Source of the DNA: an uncultured Methanosarcinales archaeon
GTDB lineage: Archaea > Nanobdellota > Nanobdellia > Woesearchaeales > ARS49
Reading direction: 5' to 3'
Assembly (NCBI GenBank): GCA_964550175.1
Contig: CAZJXP010000001.1
Coordinates: 248,294 to 312,293, forward strand
Length of the DNA stretch: 64,000 bases
Under the pieces are notes generated by a model. The model did no database searches, was not told where the DNA came from, and saw only the letters and a program-made list of their open reading frames with translations. Each line of letters begins with the position of its first letter. Within the stretch, counting starts at the first letter, position 1. Made by a program: the position numbers and the translations under genes. This document shows, in pieces, positions 37,059 through 47,600 of this stretch.

Positions 37059-40045
37059 GCGGGCGCGTCACCCATCATCTTGCCCATCGACTGCTGGAAG
37101 CCCGAGACGTCGCTTTCCATCTTCGGAGCCTCGTAGTTCGTCAATGCAGCCTGGACGTCGACCTGCTGCGCGACGGGACCGGGGCCTTCGCTGATCTTGA
37201 CTTCGTCCATCGTGGTCGGCTTGACGTGCAAAAAGTCCGTTCGGCCAAGATATTCGAATCCCAAGATTCGGAACACCAAGTCGATAATCGACGTGCACAT
37301 GCGGATGTTCGGATGGTCGGTCATGCCGTTCGGCTCGAAGCGTGTGAAGGTGAACTTCTCCACGAACTTCTCCAACGGAACGCCGTACTGCAATCCAATC
37401 GACACGGCAATCGCGAAGCAGTTCACGAGTGAACGATACGCGGCGCCTTCCTTGTGCATGTCGATGAAAATCTCGCCGATCTTGCCGTTGTCGTACTCGC
37501 CCGTGCGGAGGAAAATCTTGTGCCCCGCAACGGTCGACTCGATGGTGATGCCCTTTCGCTTAACAGGCAATCCGAGCTTCTCGCCGTGCTTCAACCCAGT
37601 GTATTCCTGCATGACCACGGTCGGCTCGACCTTCGCATCCGCCTTTGAGTCTGATTTCGTGTTCAAGGGTTGCGACGCCTTGCAACCATCTCTATACAAC
37701 GCAATCGCTTTGAGTCCCAATCGCCAGCCTTCGACGTAGATCTTCTCGATTTCTTCCACGGTCGTGCTGTTCGGGATGTTGACCGTCTTCGAGATGGCGC
37801 CCGAGATGAACGGCTGCACGGCCGCCATCATCTTGATGTGCCCCATCGGGTCGATGAATCGCTTGCCGATGCCGCAGACGTTTGCGCAGTCGAACACGGC
37901 CGCGTGCTCCGGGTTCAAGCCCGGAGCTCCTTCAAGCGTCTGAGCTCCTTCGATGAACACCTTCGCCTCGTCAATCTGCTCCTTGCTCAATCCCTTGTTG
38001 ATGAGCGTCTTCGGGTTGATGTGCGGGGTCCAGTCCGTCCACGTCTTGGCCTTTTGCACGGCCTCTTCGGCTTCGCGCACTTGGTCGGGAGTGAAGCCCA
38101 TCTTGAGCAGCGCCTCGTGATGCACGTGCGGCGCCCCCTCGAACGTGTTGTGGCCCAACACATACTCGAGCATCTCGCCCATGTCGTCCTCGGAATAGCC
38201 CAACGACCGCAAGGCGCGGATGATGCTGTTGTTGACAATCTTGAAGTATCCGCCGCCCGCGAGCTTCTTCCACTTGACGAGCGCGAATTCGGGCTCGACG
38301 CCCGTGGTGTCGCAATCCATCAGCAGTCCGATGGTTCCGGTCGGCGCGATGACGGTGGCTTGCGCGTTTCGGTAGCCGTACTTTTCGCCCAACTCGACCG
38401 CGTGGTCCCAGTCTTCTCTCGCGGCCTTGAGCAAATCCGCCGGGCAGAAACGGACGTCCAACTGGTACGCCGCGTCACGGTGCTTGCGCATCACGCGCAA
38501 ACAAGGCTCCTTGTTCTTCGCATAGCCCGGGAACGGTCCCTTGACCGCGGCCATTTCGGCCGACGCGAGGTACGCGTGACCGGTCATGATTGCGGTCAAT
38601 GCGGCAGCGATTGCTCGGCCCTTATCCGAGTCGTACGGCACGCCTTGGACCATCAATAACGTCCCGAGGTTTGCGTAACCGAGTCCTAAGGTTCGGTAAT
38701 CGTGGCTGTTCTGCGCGATCTGCTGCGTCGGGTACGATGACAAATCAACAAGAATTTCCTGCGCGACGAAGAACGTACGACACGCGTGGCGGTAGCCTTC
38801 GATGTCGAAGACGCCATCATCGCTCAAGAATTTCATCAAATTAACGCTTGATAAGTTGCATGCCGTGTCGTCCAAGAACATGTATTCCGAGCACGGGTTC
38901 GACGCGTTGATGCGGCCGGTGTTCGAGCACGTGTGCCAGTCATTGATGGTCGTGTCCAATTGCACGCCCGGGTCGGCGCACGCCCACGCGGCGTCAGCGA
39001 TCTTGCGCATCATGAATTTAGCATCATATTCCTTCGCGACCTTGCCGTTCGTTCGCCACTTCGTCGCGAACGTGCTACCGGTCAAGTAGGCGTTCATGAA
39101 TTCGTCCGACAATCGGACGCTGTTGTTCGAGTTCTGGCCCGCGACGGTCGCGTAGGCTTCGCCGTTGAAGTCTGCCGGGAATCCGCCGTGCTCGATCAAA
39201 ATCTTGGCCTTCTTCTCCTCATTCGCCTTCCATTCCACAAACGAAAGGATGTCCGGGTGGTCGATGTCCAAGCAGACCATCTTGGCCGCTCGACGAGTCG
39301 TTCCGCCGGACTTGATCGCGCCCGCGCCGGTGTCAAAGACTTTCAAGAAGCTCATCAATCCTGAACTGGTGCCGCCGCCGGACAACTTCTCGCCCGAGCC
39401 TCGCAACTTGGAAAAGTTCGTGCCGGTGCCGGAGCCGTACTTGAAGACCGTGGCTTCCTGGCCTAAGAGACTGAAAATGTTCCGGATGTCGTCCTGCACG
39501 CTTTGGATAAAGCAAGCCGAGCACTGCGGACGCTGGTAGGCGTTCGCCATGACGTCGATCTTGTTCGTCTGGAAGTTCCAGCCGAAGTTTCCCGCGCTGC
39601 CGAGAATGCCGTACTGGTGGAACAATCCGCAGTTGAACCAGACGGGCGAGTTGAACGCGCCGCGTTGGGTAAGAAGCATATACGCCAATTCGTCCTCGAA
39701 CGTGTCGGCCATCTCCTTGCCGCGGAAGTAACCGTGCTCCTCGCCATAGGTGCGGATGGTGTGAGCGATTCGGTAGACGACCTGCTTGACGTTGATTTCG
39801 GAATCCGTTCCCGGAACGCCGGCCTTTCGGAAATACTTTGAAACGACGATGTCGGTGGCGAGCTGAGACCAGGTCTTGGGGACTTCGACGTCCTTCATCT
39901 CGAACACGATGCGGCCGTCCGGCTCCTTGATGACGCTGGAGCGCTTATCGTACTCGACCATGTCGTACGGGCTCGTGCCCGAAGTGAACTTTCGCTGCAC
40001 AATCAATCCCGGAGTCTCAACTGTTACTTGCACCATTACTCGCAC
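36974..40045 (-). CDS. nrdJ: adenosylcobalamin-dependent ribonucleotide reductase, class II
   Basis: 1023 aa. NPCSEY catalytic loop, VCLDIDHPD, and a C-terminal Cys-rich zinc ribbon (CSSCGH...CYKCLNCGN). Confidence 0.9.
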   Translation of the reverse strand: MRVMVQVTVETPGLIVQRKFTSGTSPYDMVEYDKRSSVIKEPDGRIVFEMKDVEVPKTWSQLATDIVVSKYFRKAGVPGTDSEINVKQVVYRIAHTIRTYGEEHGYFRGKEMADTFEDELAYMLLTQRGAFNSPVWFNCGLFHQYGILGSAGNFGWNFQTNKIDVMANAYQRPQCSACFIQSVQDDIRNIFSLLGQEATVFKYGSGTGTNFSKLRGSGEKLSGGGTSSGLMSFLKVFDTGAGAIKSGGTTRRAAKMVCLDIDHPDILSFVEWKANEEKKAKILIEHGGFPADFNGEAYATVAGQNSNNSVRLSDEFMNAYLTGSTFATKWRTNGKVAKEYDAKFMMRKIADAAWACADPGVQLDTTINDWHTCSNTGRINASNPCSEYMFLDDTACNLSSVNLMKFLSDDGVFDIEGYRHACRTFFVAQEILVDLSSYPTQQIAQNSHDYRTLGLGYANLGTLLMVQGVPYDSDKGRAIAAALTAIMTGHAYLASAEMAAVKGPFPGYAKNKEPCLRVMRKHRDAAYQLDVRFCPADLLKAAREDWDHAVELGEKYGYRNAQATVIAPTGTIGLLMDCDTTGVEPEFALVKWKKLAGGGYFKIVNNSIIRALRSLGYSEDDMGEMLEYVLGHNTFEGAPHVHHEALLKMGFTPDQVREAEEAVQKAKTWTDWTPHINPKTLINKGLSKEQIDEAKVFIEGAQTLEGAPGLNPEHAAVFDCANVCGIGKRFIDPMGHIKMMAAVQPFISGAISKTVNIPNSTTVEEIEKIYVEGWRLGLKAIALYRDGCKASQPLNTKSDSKADAKVEPTVVMQEYTGLKHGEKLGLPVKRKGITIESTVAGHKIFLRTGEYDNGKIGEIFIDMHKEGAAYRSLVNCFAIAVSIGLQYGVPLEKFVEKFTFTRFEPNGMTDHPNIRMCTSIIDLVFRILGFEYLGRTDFLHVKPTTMDEVKISEGPGPVAQQVDVQAALTNYEAPKMESDVSGFQQSMGKMMGDAPACSSCGHVTVRNGSCYKCLNCGNSMGCS

Positions 40046-40046
40046 C

Positions 40047-40502
40047 TCATTTTTCTTTCTTCAGCATATTGATTTCTTTCTCGAACTGGGCCAAATCCCT
40101 GAATGAGCGGTACACGCTGGCGTAGCGCACATACGCGACTTGGTCTAATGTTTTCAGTTGCGCCATGACTAATTCTCCGACTTTCTTCGACGAAATTTCC
40201 TGCCGGTCGCCCTTGCGCAACGACGCTTCGATCGCCGCGACGCTGGCCTCGATCTTTTCCCGGCCGATGGGACGCTTTTCGCACGCCTTGAAGAAGCCAC
40301 GCATGAGCTTTTCCTTGTTGAACGGCTCTCGCCTGCCATCTTTCTTCACGACCGACAAGTCGACCGATTCCAGATGCTCGTACGTCGTAAATCGCTTCTC
40401 GCAATCGAGGCATTCCCTTCTGCGACGGGTTTCCGAGGAGTCGGACGTCTCGCGGCTGTCCACCACTTTCGACTCGGGATGCAAACAAAACGGGCATTTC
40501 AT
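40047..40502 (-). CDS. nrdR: transcriptional repressor NrdR (zinc ribbon plus ATP-cone)
   Basis: MKCPFC...CLDCEKRFTTYE zinc ribbon followed by an ATP-cone. Directly upstream of nrdJ. Confidence 0.85.
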   Translation of the reverse strand: MKCPFCLHPESKVVDSRETSDSSETRRRRECLDCEKRFTTYEHLESVDLSVVKKDGRREPFNKEKLMRGFFKACEKRPIGREKIEASVAAIEASLRKGDRQEISSKKVGELVMAQLKTLDQVAYVRYASVYRSFRDLAQFEKEINMLKKEK

Positions 40503-40623
40503 TGGTCATAGTTCTCGAAAAGAAATTTCGTTGCACAACTTATTGGGCATACTTATGCGACGGTCTCCGACGAGCCCGACGGCAGAAAAAACACCATTAG
40601 TTGTGGTCTCCCCTCTTTTCATT

Positions 40624-40663
40624 CCACAATCATTCTGTTTTTAATCATTTATATATATTGTGG
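40624..40663. promoter_or_regulatory. palindromic AT-rich element resembling a split NrdR box (CCACAAT-n26-ATTGTGG, with internal tatatat)
   Basis: On the nrdR strand it reads ACCACAATATATATaaatg...cagaatgATTGTGG, about 125-165 nt upstream of the nrdR ATG. It resembles the bacterial NrdR-box consensus acaCwAtATaTwGtgt. Confidence 0.3.
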
Positions 40664-40736
40664 TTGTGCAAGAATATGGTTTCAAGACTGAAATGAAATG
40701 TTCACTGGAGAGTCATTCTTTCCGTAGTGAAAATAA

Positions 40737-41441
40737 TCATTTCGCCAGCTTCCACAGCAGCTCGAAGTACGCCTGATACGTCTGCGCGACATCCTTGTTC
40801 TTGATGAGAATAGCAACGGGCTCGGCACTCCACATAATAATCGCGACCTTGTCGCCGTAGATGTTCGTGCTTACGGGGGAAGCGAACTCGTCCGGCAGAT
40901 GGCGGACCTCACCGAGCGGGATGGGCTCCAGGTTTGTGCGCTTACCCGCGTAGATAAGATGAAGCTTGATCTTTTTCGCGACTCGCTTGGTCGTGTAATG
41001 CCCGAGATAATACTTCAGGATTTCCGGGGCGTTCTTGGCCGCGCCCATGATGAACACGTCCTTGCCCACGACTAACTGGTCCTCGAAAATAGTCTTGATT
41101 CCTTCCACGCCGCGGTAAAAGACGGTTTCCTGTTTTTGCTTGGCTTCGTCGAACTTTGATTTGAGCGTGGGTAAAATGTTGTTTATGCCTTGTTCTGTCT
41201 GTTTCGCCAATTCCGAGAGCCGTTGCGGGTCTGCTGGAGTGTAGAACCGCTTGTCGTTCTCCTTGATGTAAGAAACTAAACCCTTCTCGATTAATCGCTC
41301 TAGCGCGTCGTAGACGCTCCTTCGGTGGATGCCGGTCTTCCGCGAGATGATGCCTGCCTGCGCTCGCCCTAAATCGATCAACGTGACGTAGATTTTCGCT
41401 TCGGTTGACGTGAGTCCTAATGGCACCAGCTTTTCGAACAT
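40737..41441 (-). CDS. trmB: TrmB-family sugar-responsive transcriptional regulator
   Basis: N-terminal wHTH (LTSTEAKIYVTLIDLGRAQAGIISRKTGIHRRSVYDALERLIEKGLV) plus a TrmB C-terminal domain. The remainder of the long ORF to 42428 is antisense to ogg. Confidence 0.8.
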   Translation of the reverse strand: MFEKLVPLGLTSTEAKIYVTLIDLGRAQAGIISRKTGIHRRSVYDALERLIEKGLVSYIKENDKRFYTPADPQRLSELAKQTEQGINNILPTLKSKFDEAKQKQETVFYRGVEGIKTIFEDQLVVGKDVFIMGAAKNAPEILKYYLGHYTTKRVAKKIKLHLIYAGKRTNLEPIPLGEVRHLPDEFASPVSTNIYGDKVAIIMWSAEPVAILIKNKDVAQTYQAYFELLWKLAK

Positions 41442-41490
41442 GAGGGAATGAGATTCCCACAGATATATAATTGTGCCGTCTGAGTTCCTT

Positions 41491-41582
41491 TCACGTTGCT
41501 CTCCCAGGCAGTTATTGTAGAGTTTCGGCCATAATTCTAGATACAATGGAGCCACTACTTCCAAACTGGGCGGTAAAAAGTT
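41491..41582. repeat. interspersed repeat copy (CACGTTGCTCTCCCAGGCAG ... CTGGGCGGTAAAAAGT)
   Basis: Shares both blocks with the copy at 2361. Confidence 0.55.
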
Positions 41583-41630
41583 AACTTTGACATGATAAAC
41601 TTTAAGTAGCTCGCGCAACGAAGCCAGACC

Positions 41631-42404
41631 ATGAACATCACAGTCAAGGACTTCAACCTCGCGGACACGGTCGAGTCCGGCCAACTGTTCCGCTGGGAGA
41701 AGAAAGGAAACGGCTATGTTATCCGCAACGGCGGGAAATCGTTCTACGCCGAACAGGAAAATCCGAAGACGCTCTCGTTCGACGGCGTCGATGAGCCGTT
41801 CATCCGCGAATTCTTCGACCTCAGCACGGACTACGGCAAGATAAAGAAGACGATTTCGGCTGAAAAGCTCGCGCCCATCATCGAAAAGCATCCCGGCATA
41901 AGGATCGTCAGGCAAGACCCTTGGGAATGCACCATCGGGTTCATCTGCAGCTCGAACTCGAACATCACGCGCATACGGAACAACATGAACTCGCTGACGA
42001 CGTGTTTCGGCAAAGGACATGTGTTCCCGATGCCGTCGGACATCAAACAAGGAGCAAAGCTCGACAGCTGCAGACTCGGCTACCGGGCGGAGTACGTGCG
42101 CAGCATCAGCAAGCAAATAACCCCGGAATTCCTGCACTCGCTCAAAAATGAAAATTATGCAAACGCGAAAGAAAAACTGATGGAATTGCCCGGTATCGGC
42201 CCGAAAGTCGCGGACTGCATCTGTTTGTTCGCGCTTGGGTTCACGGAGGCGTTCCCGGTAGACACACACATCCAGCAGGCGATGGCCGCGATGTACGGCG
42301 TCGAAAAAGAGAAGGAAATTCGGGCGTTCGCGGCGAAGAAATGGGGCAAGCTCGCGGGCTACGCACAGCAGTACATCTTCCACTGGCGGAGAACAACATC
42401 GTAA
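41631..42404 (+). CDS. ogg: 8-oxoguanine DNA glycosylase / HhH-GPD family (archaeal Ogg type)
   Basis: LPGIGPKVADCICLFALG and FPVDTHI (HhH-GPD with catalytic Asp). Confidence 0.8.
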   Translation: MNITVKDFNLADTVESGQLFRWEKKGNGYVIRNGGKSFYAEQENPKTLSFDGVDEPFIREFFDLSTDYGKIKKTISAEKLAPIIEKHPGIRIVRQDPWECTIGFICSSNSNITRIRNNMNSLTTCFGKGHVFPMPSDIKQGAKLDSCRLGYRAEYVRSISKQITPEFLHSLKNENYANAKEKLMELPGIGPKVADCICLFALGFTEAFPVDTHIQQAMAAMYGVEKEKEIRAFAAKKWGKLAGYAQQYIFHWRRTTS

Positions 42405-43048
42405 CGCATCCGAACATTGACGAGACATTACGGATTCTCGTTAAACAGCAAGGCATCACCACGATGTTGGGTAGAATGGGGCAAAAGTACGAGCCGTTCA
42501 AAGTCCTGATTTCAACCATCATGTCCGCGCGGGCGAAGGATGAAGTCACCGAAGTGCTCGCCGAAAATTTGTTCAAGAAATATCCGGACGCTCGATCGTT
42601 GATGCGCGCGAAGCCTTCTGATGTCAAGAAGATTATACGGAAGATAGGGTTCTTCAACGCGAAGACGAAAAGCATCATGGCGGCGTCGAAGATGCTGGTT
42701 AAAGAATACAATAATGTCGTGCCGGACACGCTCGAACAGCTGCTCAAGTTTCCAGGAGTTGGCAGGAAAGTGGCGAACTGCGTCTTAGTATATTCTTTCG
42801 GCAAGGACGCGATTCCCGTTGACATTCACGTGCATCGCATTTCCAACCGATTAGGCTGGGTGAAGACTAAAACTCCGGAAGAGACGGAACAGAAGCTGAT
42901 GAAACTGATTCCGCAGAAGCACTGGCAGGCCGTCAATGATACGCTCGTGGCGCACGGCAAGACGATTTGCGCCCCAATTTCTCCGAAATGCTCCATCTGC
43001 CCGATTTCTCAGTATTGCAAACGGGCCGGCGTTACGACATCACGATAA
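42341..43048 (+). CDS. nth: endonuclease III (Nth) with 4Fe-4S cluster
   Basis: FPGVGRKVANCVLV, IPVDIHVHRI, and the C-terminal C-x6-C-x2-C-x5-C (CAPISPKCSICPISQYC). Confidence 0.8.
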   Translation: MGQARGLRTAVHLPLAENNIVTHPNIDETLRILVKQQGITTMLGRMGQKYEPFKVLISTIMSARAKDEVTEVLAENLFKKYPDARSLMRAKPSDVKKIIRKIGFFNAKTKSIMAASKMLVKEYNNVVPDTLEQLLKFPGVGRKVANCVLVYSFGKDAIPVDIHVHRISNRLGWVKTKTPEETEQKLMKLIPQKHWQAVNDTLVAHGKTICAPISPKCSICPISQYCKRAGVTTSR

Positions 43049-43064
43049 ACGGCGCAGTTGATTT

Positions 43065-43083
43065 ACGGGATTGCAAATCCCGT
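43065..43083 (+). terminator. hairpin ACGGGATTgcaAATCCCGT downstream of nth
   Basis: 8-bp perfect stem seen directly. Confidence 0.35.
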
Positions 43084-43144
43084 GAGTCTCGTTGCCCCCT
43101 CCAAATAGAACGTTTCGTTCTGTTTGTGGTGCACGTCATTTGAA

Positions 43145-43399
43145 CTAAAAGATTTTTCCGACCAGATAGCCCGAGCCGAACAAGAACACGACCAGTCCCA
43201 AGCACCCAAGGCTGACAATGAGGAATATGATTCCTAATATGAGCCCAATAATCGCAAGGATTCCGCCTTCTTTCTTTTTCCCCAGCGCGCTCTTTGAGAT
43301 GACGATGGCGCACAACGCAATAAACGTGCCGAGGAACGGAATCCAGAACGTCAACAGGCTCAATATGCCAAGCACAAATCCGAGCTTATTCTTTGCCAT
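43145..43399 (-). CDS. small membrane protein (DUF4190-like)
   Basis: 84 aa, 3 TM, Gly/Ile/Leu-rich. Confidence 0.55.
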   Translation of the reverse strand: MAKNKLGFVLGILSLLTFWIPFLGTFIALCAIVISKSALGKKKEGGILAIIGLILGIIFLIVSLGCLGLVVFLFGSGYLVGKIF

Positions 43400-43487
43400 G
43401 CCTCCCTTGGGTTTCCACGATTTATATGTCTTTCCTATAGCATACTTGTTTCCTAACCTTTTTAAACCCCTTTTTTACCTACATTTT

Positions 43488-43847
43488 ATGCTCACCGACC
43501 TATTACAAAGGCATTTGGAATCCGTGCCCGTCATTGACCCGATAATCCAGGAAGAGGTCATCGGGAACAAGACCATCATCGACATCCGCACTGTCCGAGA
43601 CCAGACGCTGCGAACCACCAACGCCTATTTTTGGTTCCGAAAGCCAGTCTGCACCATCGACTATCTCGAACGGCATCCGCTTCAGGCAGGCAAAGGGTTC
43701 GGCCGAAGGTTCTACGGCGCGATCGAAGCATTCTGCAAAGAAATCGGAATCACCGAGATAAAAATGCTGGTCTTCGAGAACCGATGGGCCTACTGGAAGT
43801 CGGTCGGATTTACGCAGACGGAAACCGGATTCTTCAAACAGATTTAG
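43488..43847 (+). CDS. GNAT-family N-acetyltransferase
   Basis: QAGKGFGRRFYGAIEAFCKEIGITEIKM (motif A). Start placed at the ATG at 43488. The upstream part of ORF 43218 is antisense to the previous gene. Confidence 0.6.
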   Translation: MLTDLLQRHLESVPVIDPIIQEEVIGNKTIIDIRTVRDQTLRTTNAYFWFRKPVCTIDYLERHPLQAGKGFGRRFYGAIEAFCKEIGITEIKMLVFENRWAYWKSVGFTQTETGFFKQI

Positions 43848-44577
43848 TCTTCGCCCATAATTGCGGAACAACACTATCAGCAATCCGTTTGAGATTGATG
43901 CAGTCTTCTGAGTTGTAAGTGACTAACATGTCCAAGAAATCCCTATCTCCTGTGGCTTTCCAGCAGCGCCATAATTCGCACGCGTCGTCGCCGCGCACGT
44001 GCTTGATGCTCTCGGGACGCTTGATGCCGAACATGGGCTCGATGCGCTTCAAGCCTCCTGAAAGCCCAACCTTCGCGCAGACATGCTTTAGGTCAACGTG
44101 CGGCAGATTGAAGTCCATGTTGAAATATTTCTTCAAAACTGGAATGTCGAAGCTCTTGCCGTTGAACGTCACGATGAGCTTGTAGGGCTTCATCGCGGCT
44201 TCCAACGCGGATTTGTCCAAGTTGATGCCGCGCACGAAGGTCTTTGTTTCGGTGCCATCGGAAAGCCCCACGACCGTTACGTCGCCGTACTCGGACGCAG
44301 TCTCGATGTCCAAGAAAACCGCGTTCTCCTTGAACTGGTCGTACAATCGCCACTGGTCGACGCTCTCGAACAAGCGCGCGAAGTACGGGGCGTCGTCGCT
44401 CAACAATGCGTCCTTCGCCGCAGTCAGAATTTTGTCATAACCATGCTTGTGCTGCGGAGAGATTCCTTTGATTTCCTTCTTTTCCAGGAATTCGTTCCAC
44501 GTATTTGCGTTCTGCCAGATAAGCTGCTCCTTTTGGACTGTTATCTTCGGGAGGAAGATGAAACTCTCTTTTAGCAT
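43834..44577 (-). CDS. RNase H-like 3'-5' exonuclease domain protein (YprB/RNase_H_2-like)
   Basis: FLDIETA (DEDD-type acidic motif), TFNGKSFDIPVL, YNSEDC. Confidence 0.6.
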   Translation of the reverse strand: MLKESFIFLPKITVQKEQLIWQNANTWNEFLEKKEIKGISPQHKHGYDKILTAAKDALLSDDAPYFARLFESVDQWRLYDQFKENAVFLDIETASEYGDVTVVGLSDGTETKTFVRGINLDKSALEAAMKPYKLIVTFNGKSFDIPVLKKYFNMDFNLPHVDLKHVCAKVGLSGGLKRIEPMFGIKRPESIKHVRGDDACELWRCWKATGDRDFLDMLVTYNSEDCINLKRIADSVVPQLWAKTKSV

Positions 44578-44615
44578 TTCATTGACGCGAACGCACGCCT
44601 ATAAAAAATGAACGA

Positions 44616-47600
44616 TTAAGATTTCCGCTTCTTCTCGGCCTTGTCGTGGGCCAAGTGGCGCCAGTGAACCGCCAATGAGAAGAATGTCGCCGCAATAAAG
44701 AACGCCAGCAACGCCAACAACCACCAGGGAAGCTCCTTCAATGCGCTCACAACTGCATTATCTGGAGCGGGAGGCTGCCTTACCGGGAACGCCGGGATTG
44801 AACGTATGACCACAACACGGCCATCAACCTGGTCGCCGACAAGCACCCGGTCGCTTCCGCGAGCGAACGCTCCGCCGTCTTCTGAGACGCCGCCAAACGT
44901 CGCGCCTTGCGGCTCGCACAGTTCATCGAACAAATCTTCCTGCTCTGGACCCCATTGCCCGTTTTGGCAGAACTGAACGCGGTCATCCGCGGGGTTGCAC
45001 GCGAACCAGCCAGGATTGCACTCGAGCTTGGCACAGCTGGCCGCGTAATCCTCATCGGACTGCTCAATCGGAGCCCAATGCTCGTCAACGCACAACTCTT
45101 CGCGTTCCAAATCAAAATTGCACTGGCGTTCGCTGCCTTCGCACTCGGGCAGAGGAACAATCACATCATCTGCGGGAGGCAATCCCTCCACGCACGCCTG
45201 CTCGTAACCGCCAACAATCGGAAAGTACTCGCCGCCATCGCAAACCGAGAACTGCTGAAGTTCGTCGTCGCAAATAGAATCTCCCTCATTACAACCTGAC
45301 GCGGCAGCCAAACCGCCGCAATTTTCGCCCGGGACCGTCTCATCCATCGACCAGAACCCGAATTCGTTGCAGCTCCAATACGAGCTGTCGCCTTCAAAAA
45401 ATTCGCAATGCTGCTCGCCCGGAACGCATTCCTGTCCGGGATCGGCAACGCAATTTTCCTCATACGCGGCAGGATCAGAAATGAATATGGCTCCGGTCGC
45501 CGCCTGCAAGTACGCGTTGCGCTTCAGTTGAGCGGAAGCGAACACGCTCTCAGACTCCCGATTTCCCGCATCGTCCGCTATCGGACGATTCTCTCCCGCG
45601 CCAGCGCCGGAATAGCCTCCTGCCGGAGGCGGGGTCGAGCTCGCCGGATTTGTCAGCCACTCGCCGTTCGCATTGCACACACGGTATTCTAATAGTTCGG
45701 CATCGCAGAACGTTTCTCCATACAGGCACTCCGCCTGGAAACAGTTGTTTTGCACTTGAGCCGGATCGCGAGTGGTCGCCCAACGGCCGTCCTCCTCGCA
45801 GTAATGGAACGCATACTCCTCCTCGCTTATCTCACACTGAGTCGCCCCAGGATTGCACTCAGGAACATCCTGCGCGCAGTAATCAAAGAAACCATCTTGC
45901 ACGCCGACAACCGCCATGTTTGCGGATGCGAGCGTCGCCCAATGGCCCGACGCGTCACAGCGCTGGAACGAGTATTCGGCGTTGTCGCACAATATCTCGC
46001 CCGGATTGCACTCGGTCGATGCCGCGCAAGGCCCCTGATACATGTACTCGCCGTTGCTGCATGAATAGGCCATTCCCGTCGGAGTGCAAAAATCTTCCTG
46101 ACCGGCGCACGCGTCGTTCTCGCAATATTGCGACCATAAATACGCATCATCAATCGCCGGACTCCAGAATCCCATCGGGCTGCAGAGCGTGACCGTGCCC
46201 TCAAAACAGACGCTCGTTCCCGGCATGCACGATTCTTCAGGAGGAACGCCGCACTGCGTTTCATACAATCCGTCAACCGGAGTCAAGAATCCGCTGATGC
46301 AGATTGACGCCGTCTCGGTTGCGTCATCGCACACGGGCGGGCTGTTCGGGTTGCATCCCGGAACCGTTGGACAGCCGCAGACCGGGCAGTCTGAACCGCC
46401 GCAATCCACACCAGTCTCATCACCATCTTGAACACCGTTCGGGCAATGGACTCGGGGCGTTGAACAGGTCGGACAGCCACCGCCGCAGTCCACTCCGGAC
46501 TCGTCTGAATCTTGCACGCCGTTCGCGCAATGTCCGGCGCATGCCGGGCAGTACGCGCCACCGCAGTCAACGCCCAGCTCATCGAAGTCCTTGACATCAT
46601 TATAGCAGTTGTCGCCGGGCAAAGCCACGCCGGCGCCCACCGTCTTGTAAACTGAAAACGCAACGCTCTTGGAAAAGCTCTCATCGTCAATGTCGCCGAG
46701 CACCTTGTTCACAACAAGCTGGTACTGTCCCGCGACGGGAGCTTGCTTCATCTTGTACACGACCAAAAGATATTTGATGTCGTCGACCGTAGGATCCATC
46801 TCAAACGCGGGCTGAATGGATACGTACATTTCGTTGTCGCCATCGGGCCAAGCTCGTTCGCCGACGAGCGTGTCAACATACGGAAGATAGACCCCGTCCG
46901 AGTTTGCGTCAATCGCGACAATCACTTTTTCGACGCCGGTCGCGGTGCCGTCACCGGAATATTTCATGCCTATCTGCTTCACTTCAATCAGCTTTTTGCC
47001 CTGAACCTGCAGCTTGAGCTGCAACATCACGTTGTACACATCCTCTCCTGGCTGCCAGCTGTGGTCGCCCGGAGTCTTTTCGCCCGCGGTCACCGTAAGA
47101 TCCGAGCAAGGCGTCGAGCAGTCTCCCCCGCAGTCAACGCCGTCCTCATCATCATCCTGAATTCCGTTCGAGCATACATCAGTTGATTGACACACGCCGC
47201 TGGCGCAGTACGCGCTTTGGCAGTCAGCGGAAGTCGCGCACGTTTTTCCGTTCGCGCAATCCGAGCACGTGCCGCCGCAATCGACGTCAGTTTCCGCGCC
47301 GTTCTTGGTTCCATCCGTGCATGACGCCAAGGCGCCAGTGCAAGCGCCACCAGTGCATCCCGCATATCCCTGAGACGTGCAAAGCTGATTCGTTGAGCCT
47401 ATGGCGTAGGTATAGTAATTATAGCACGTTGGCGGCCCGACCCCGCCGGAACTGCAGGATTGCTGAAGCGTGGGCGTGCAATAGTTTTCGCTCACGTAAC
47501 AGCTAGCGCCCGTGCATGAAGAAACCTGAGAATACCCTGAAATGCACACGTCGCTCCGCTGAACCCAGTCCCCGGGGCCGGGCACGCTAGCATAGGAATA

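Noticed and set aside
37040-39841. Plus-strand ORFs (37040..37432, 37197..37739, 37670..38659, 38933..39364 and others) opposite nrdJ
   Set aside because: They are antisense to a 1023-aa gene with unambiguous RNR motifs and have low-complexity translations.
41442-42428. Upstream two-thirds of the long minus-strand ORF 40737..42428
   Set aside because: It is antisense to the well-supported HhH-GPD glycosylase gene (41631..42404) and its translation is Arg-rich nonsense. Only the C-terminal 234 codons form the TrmB regulator.
45550-47506. Multiple ORFs of 60-180 aa in other frames and on the plus strand inside 44616..47738
   Set aside because: They lie within a very GC-rich Cys-rich gene and are Arg/Pro/Ser-rich with no domain features. 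They are typical shadow ORFs.
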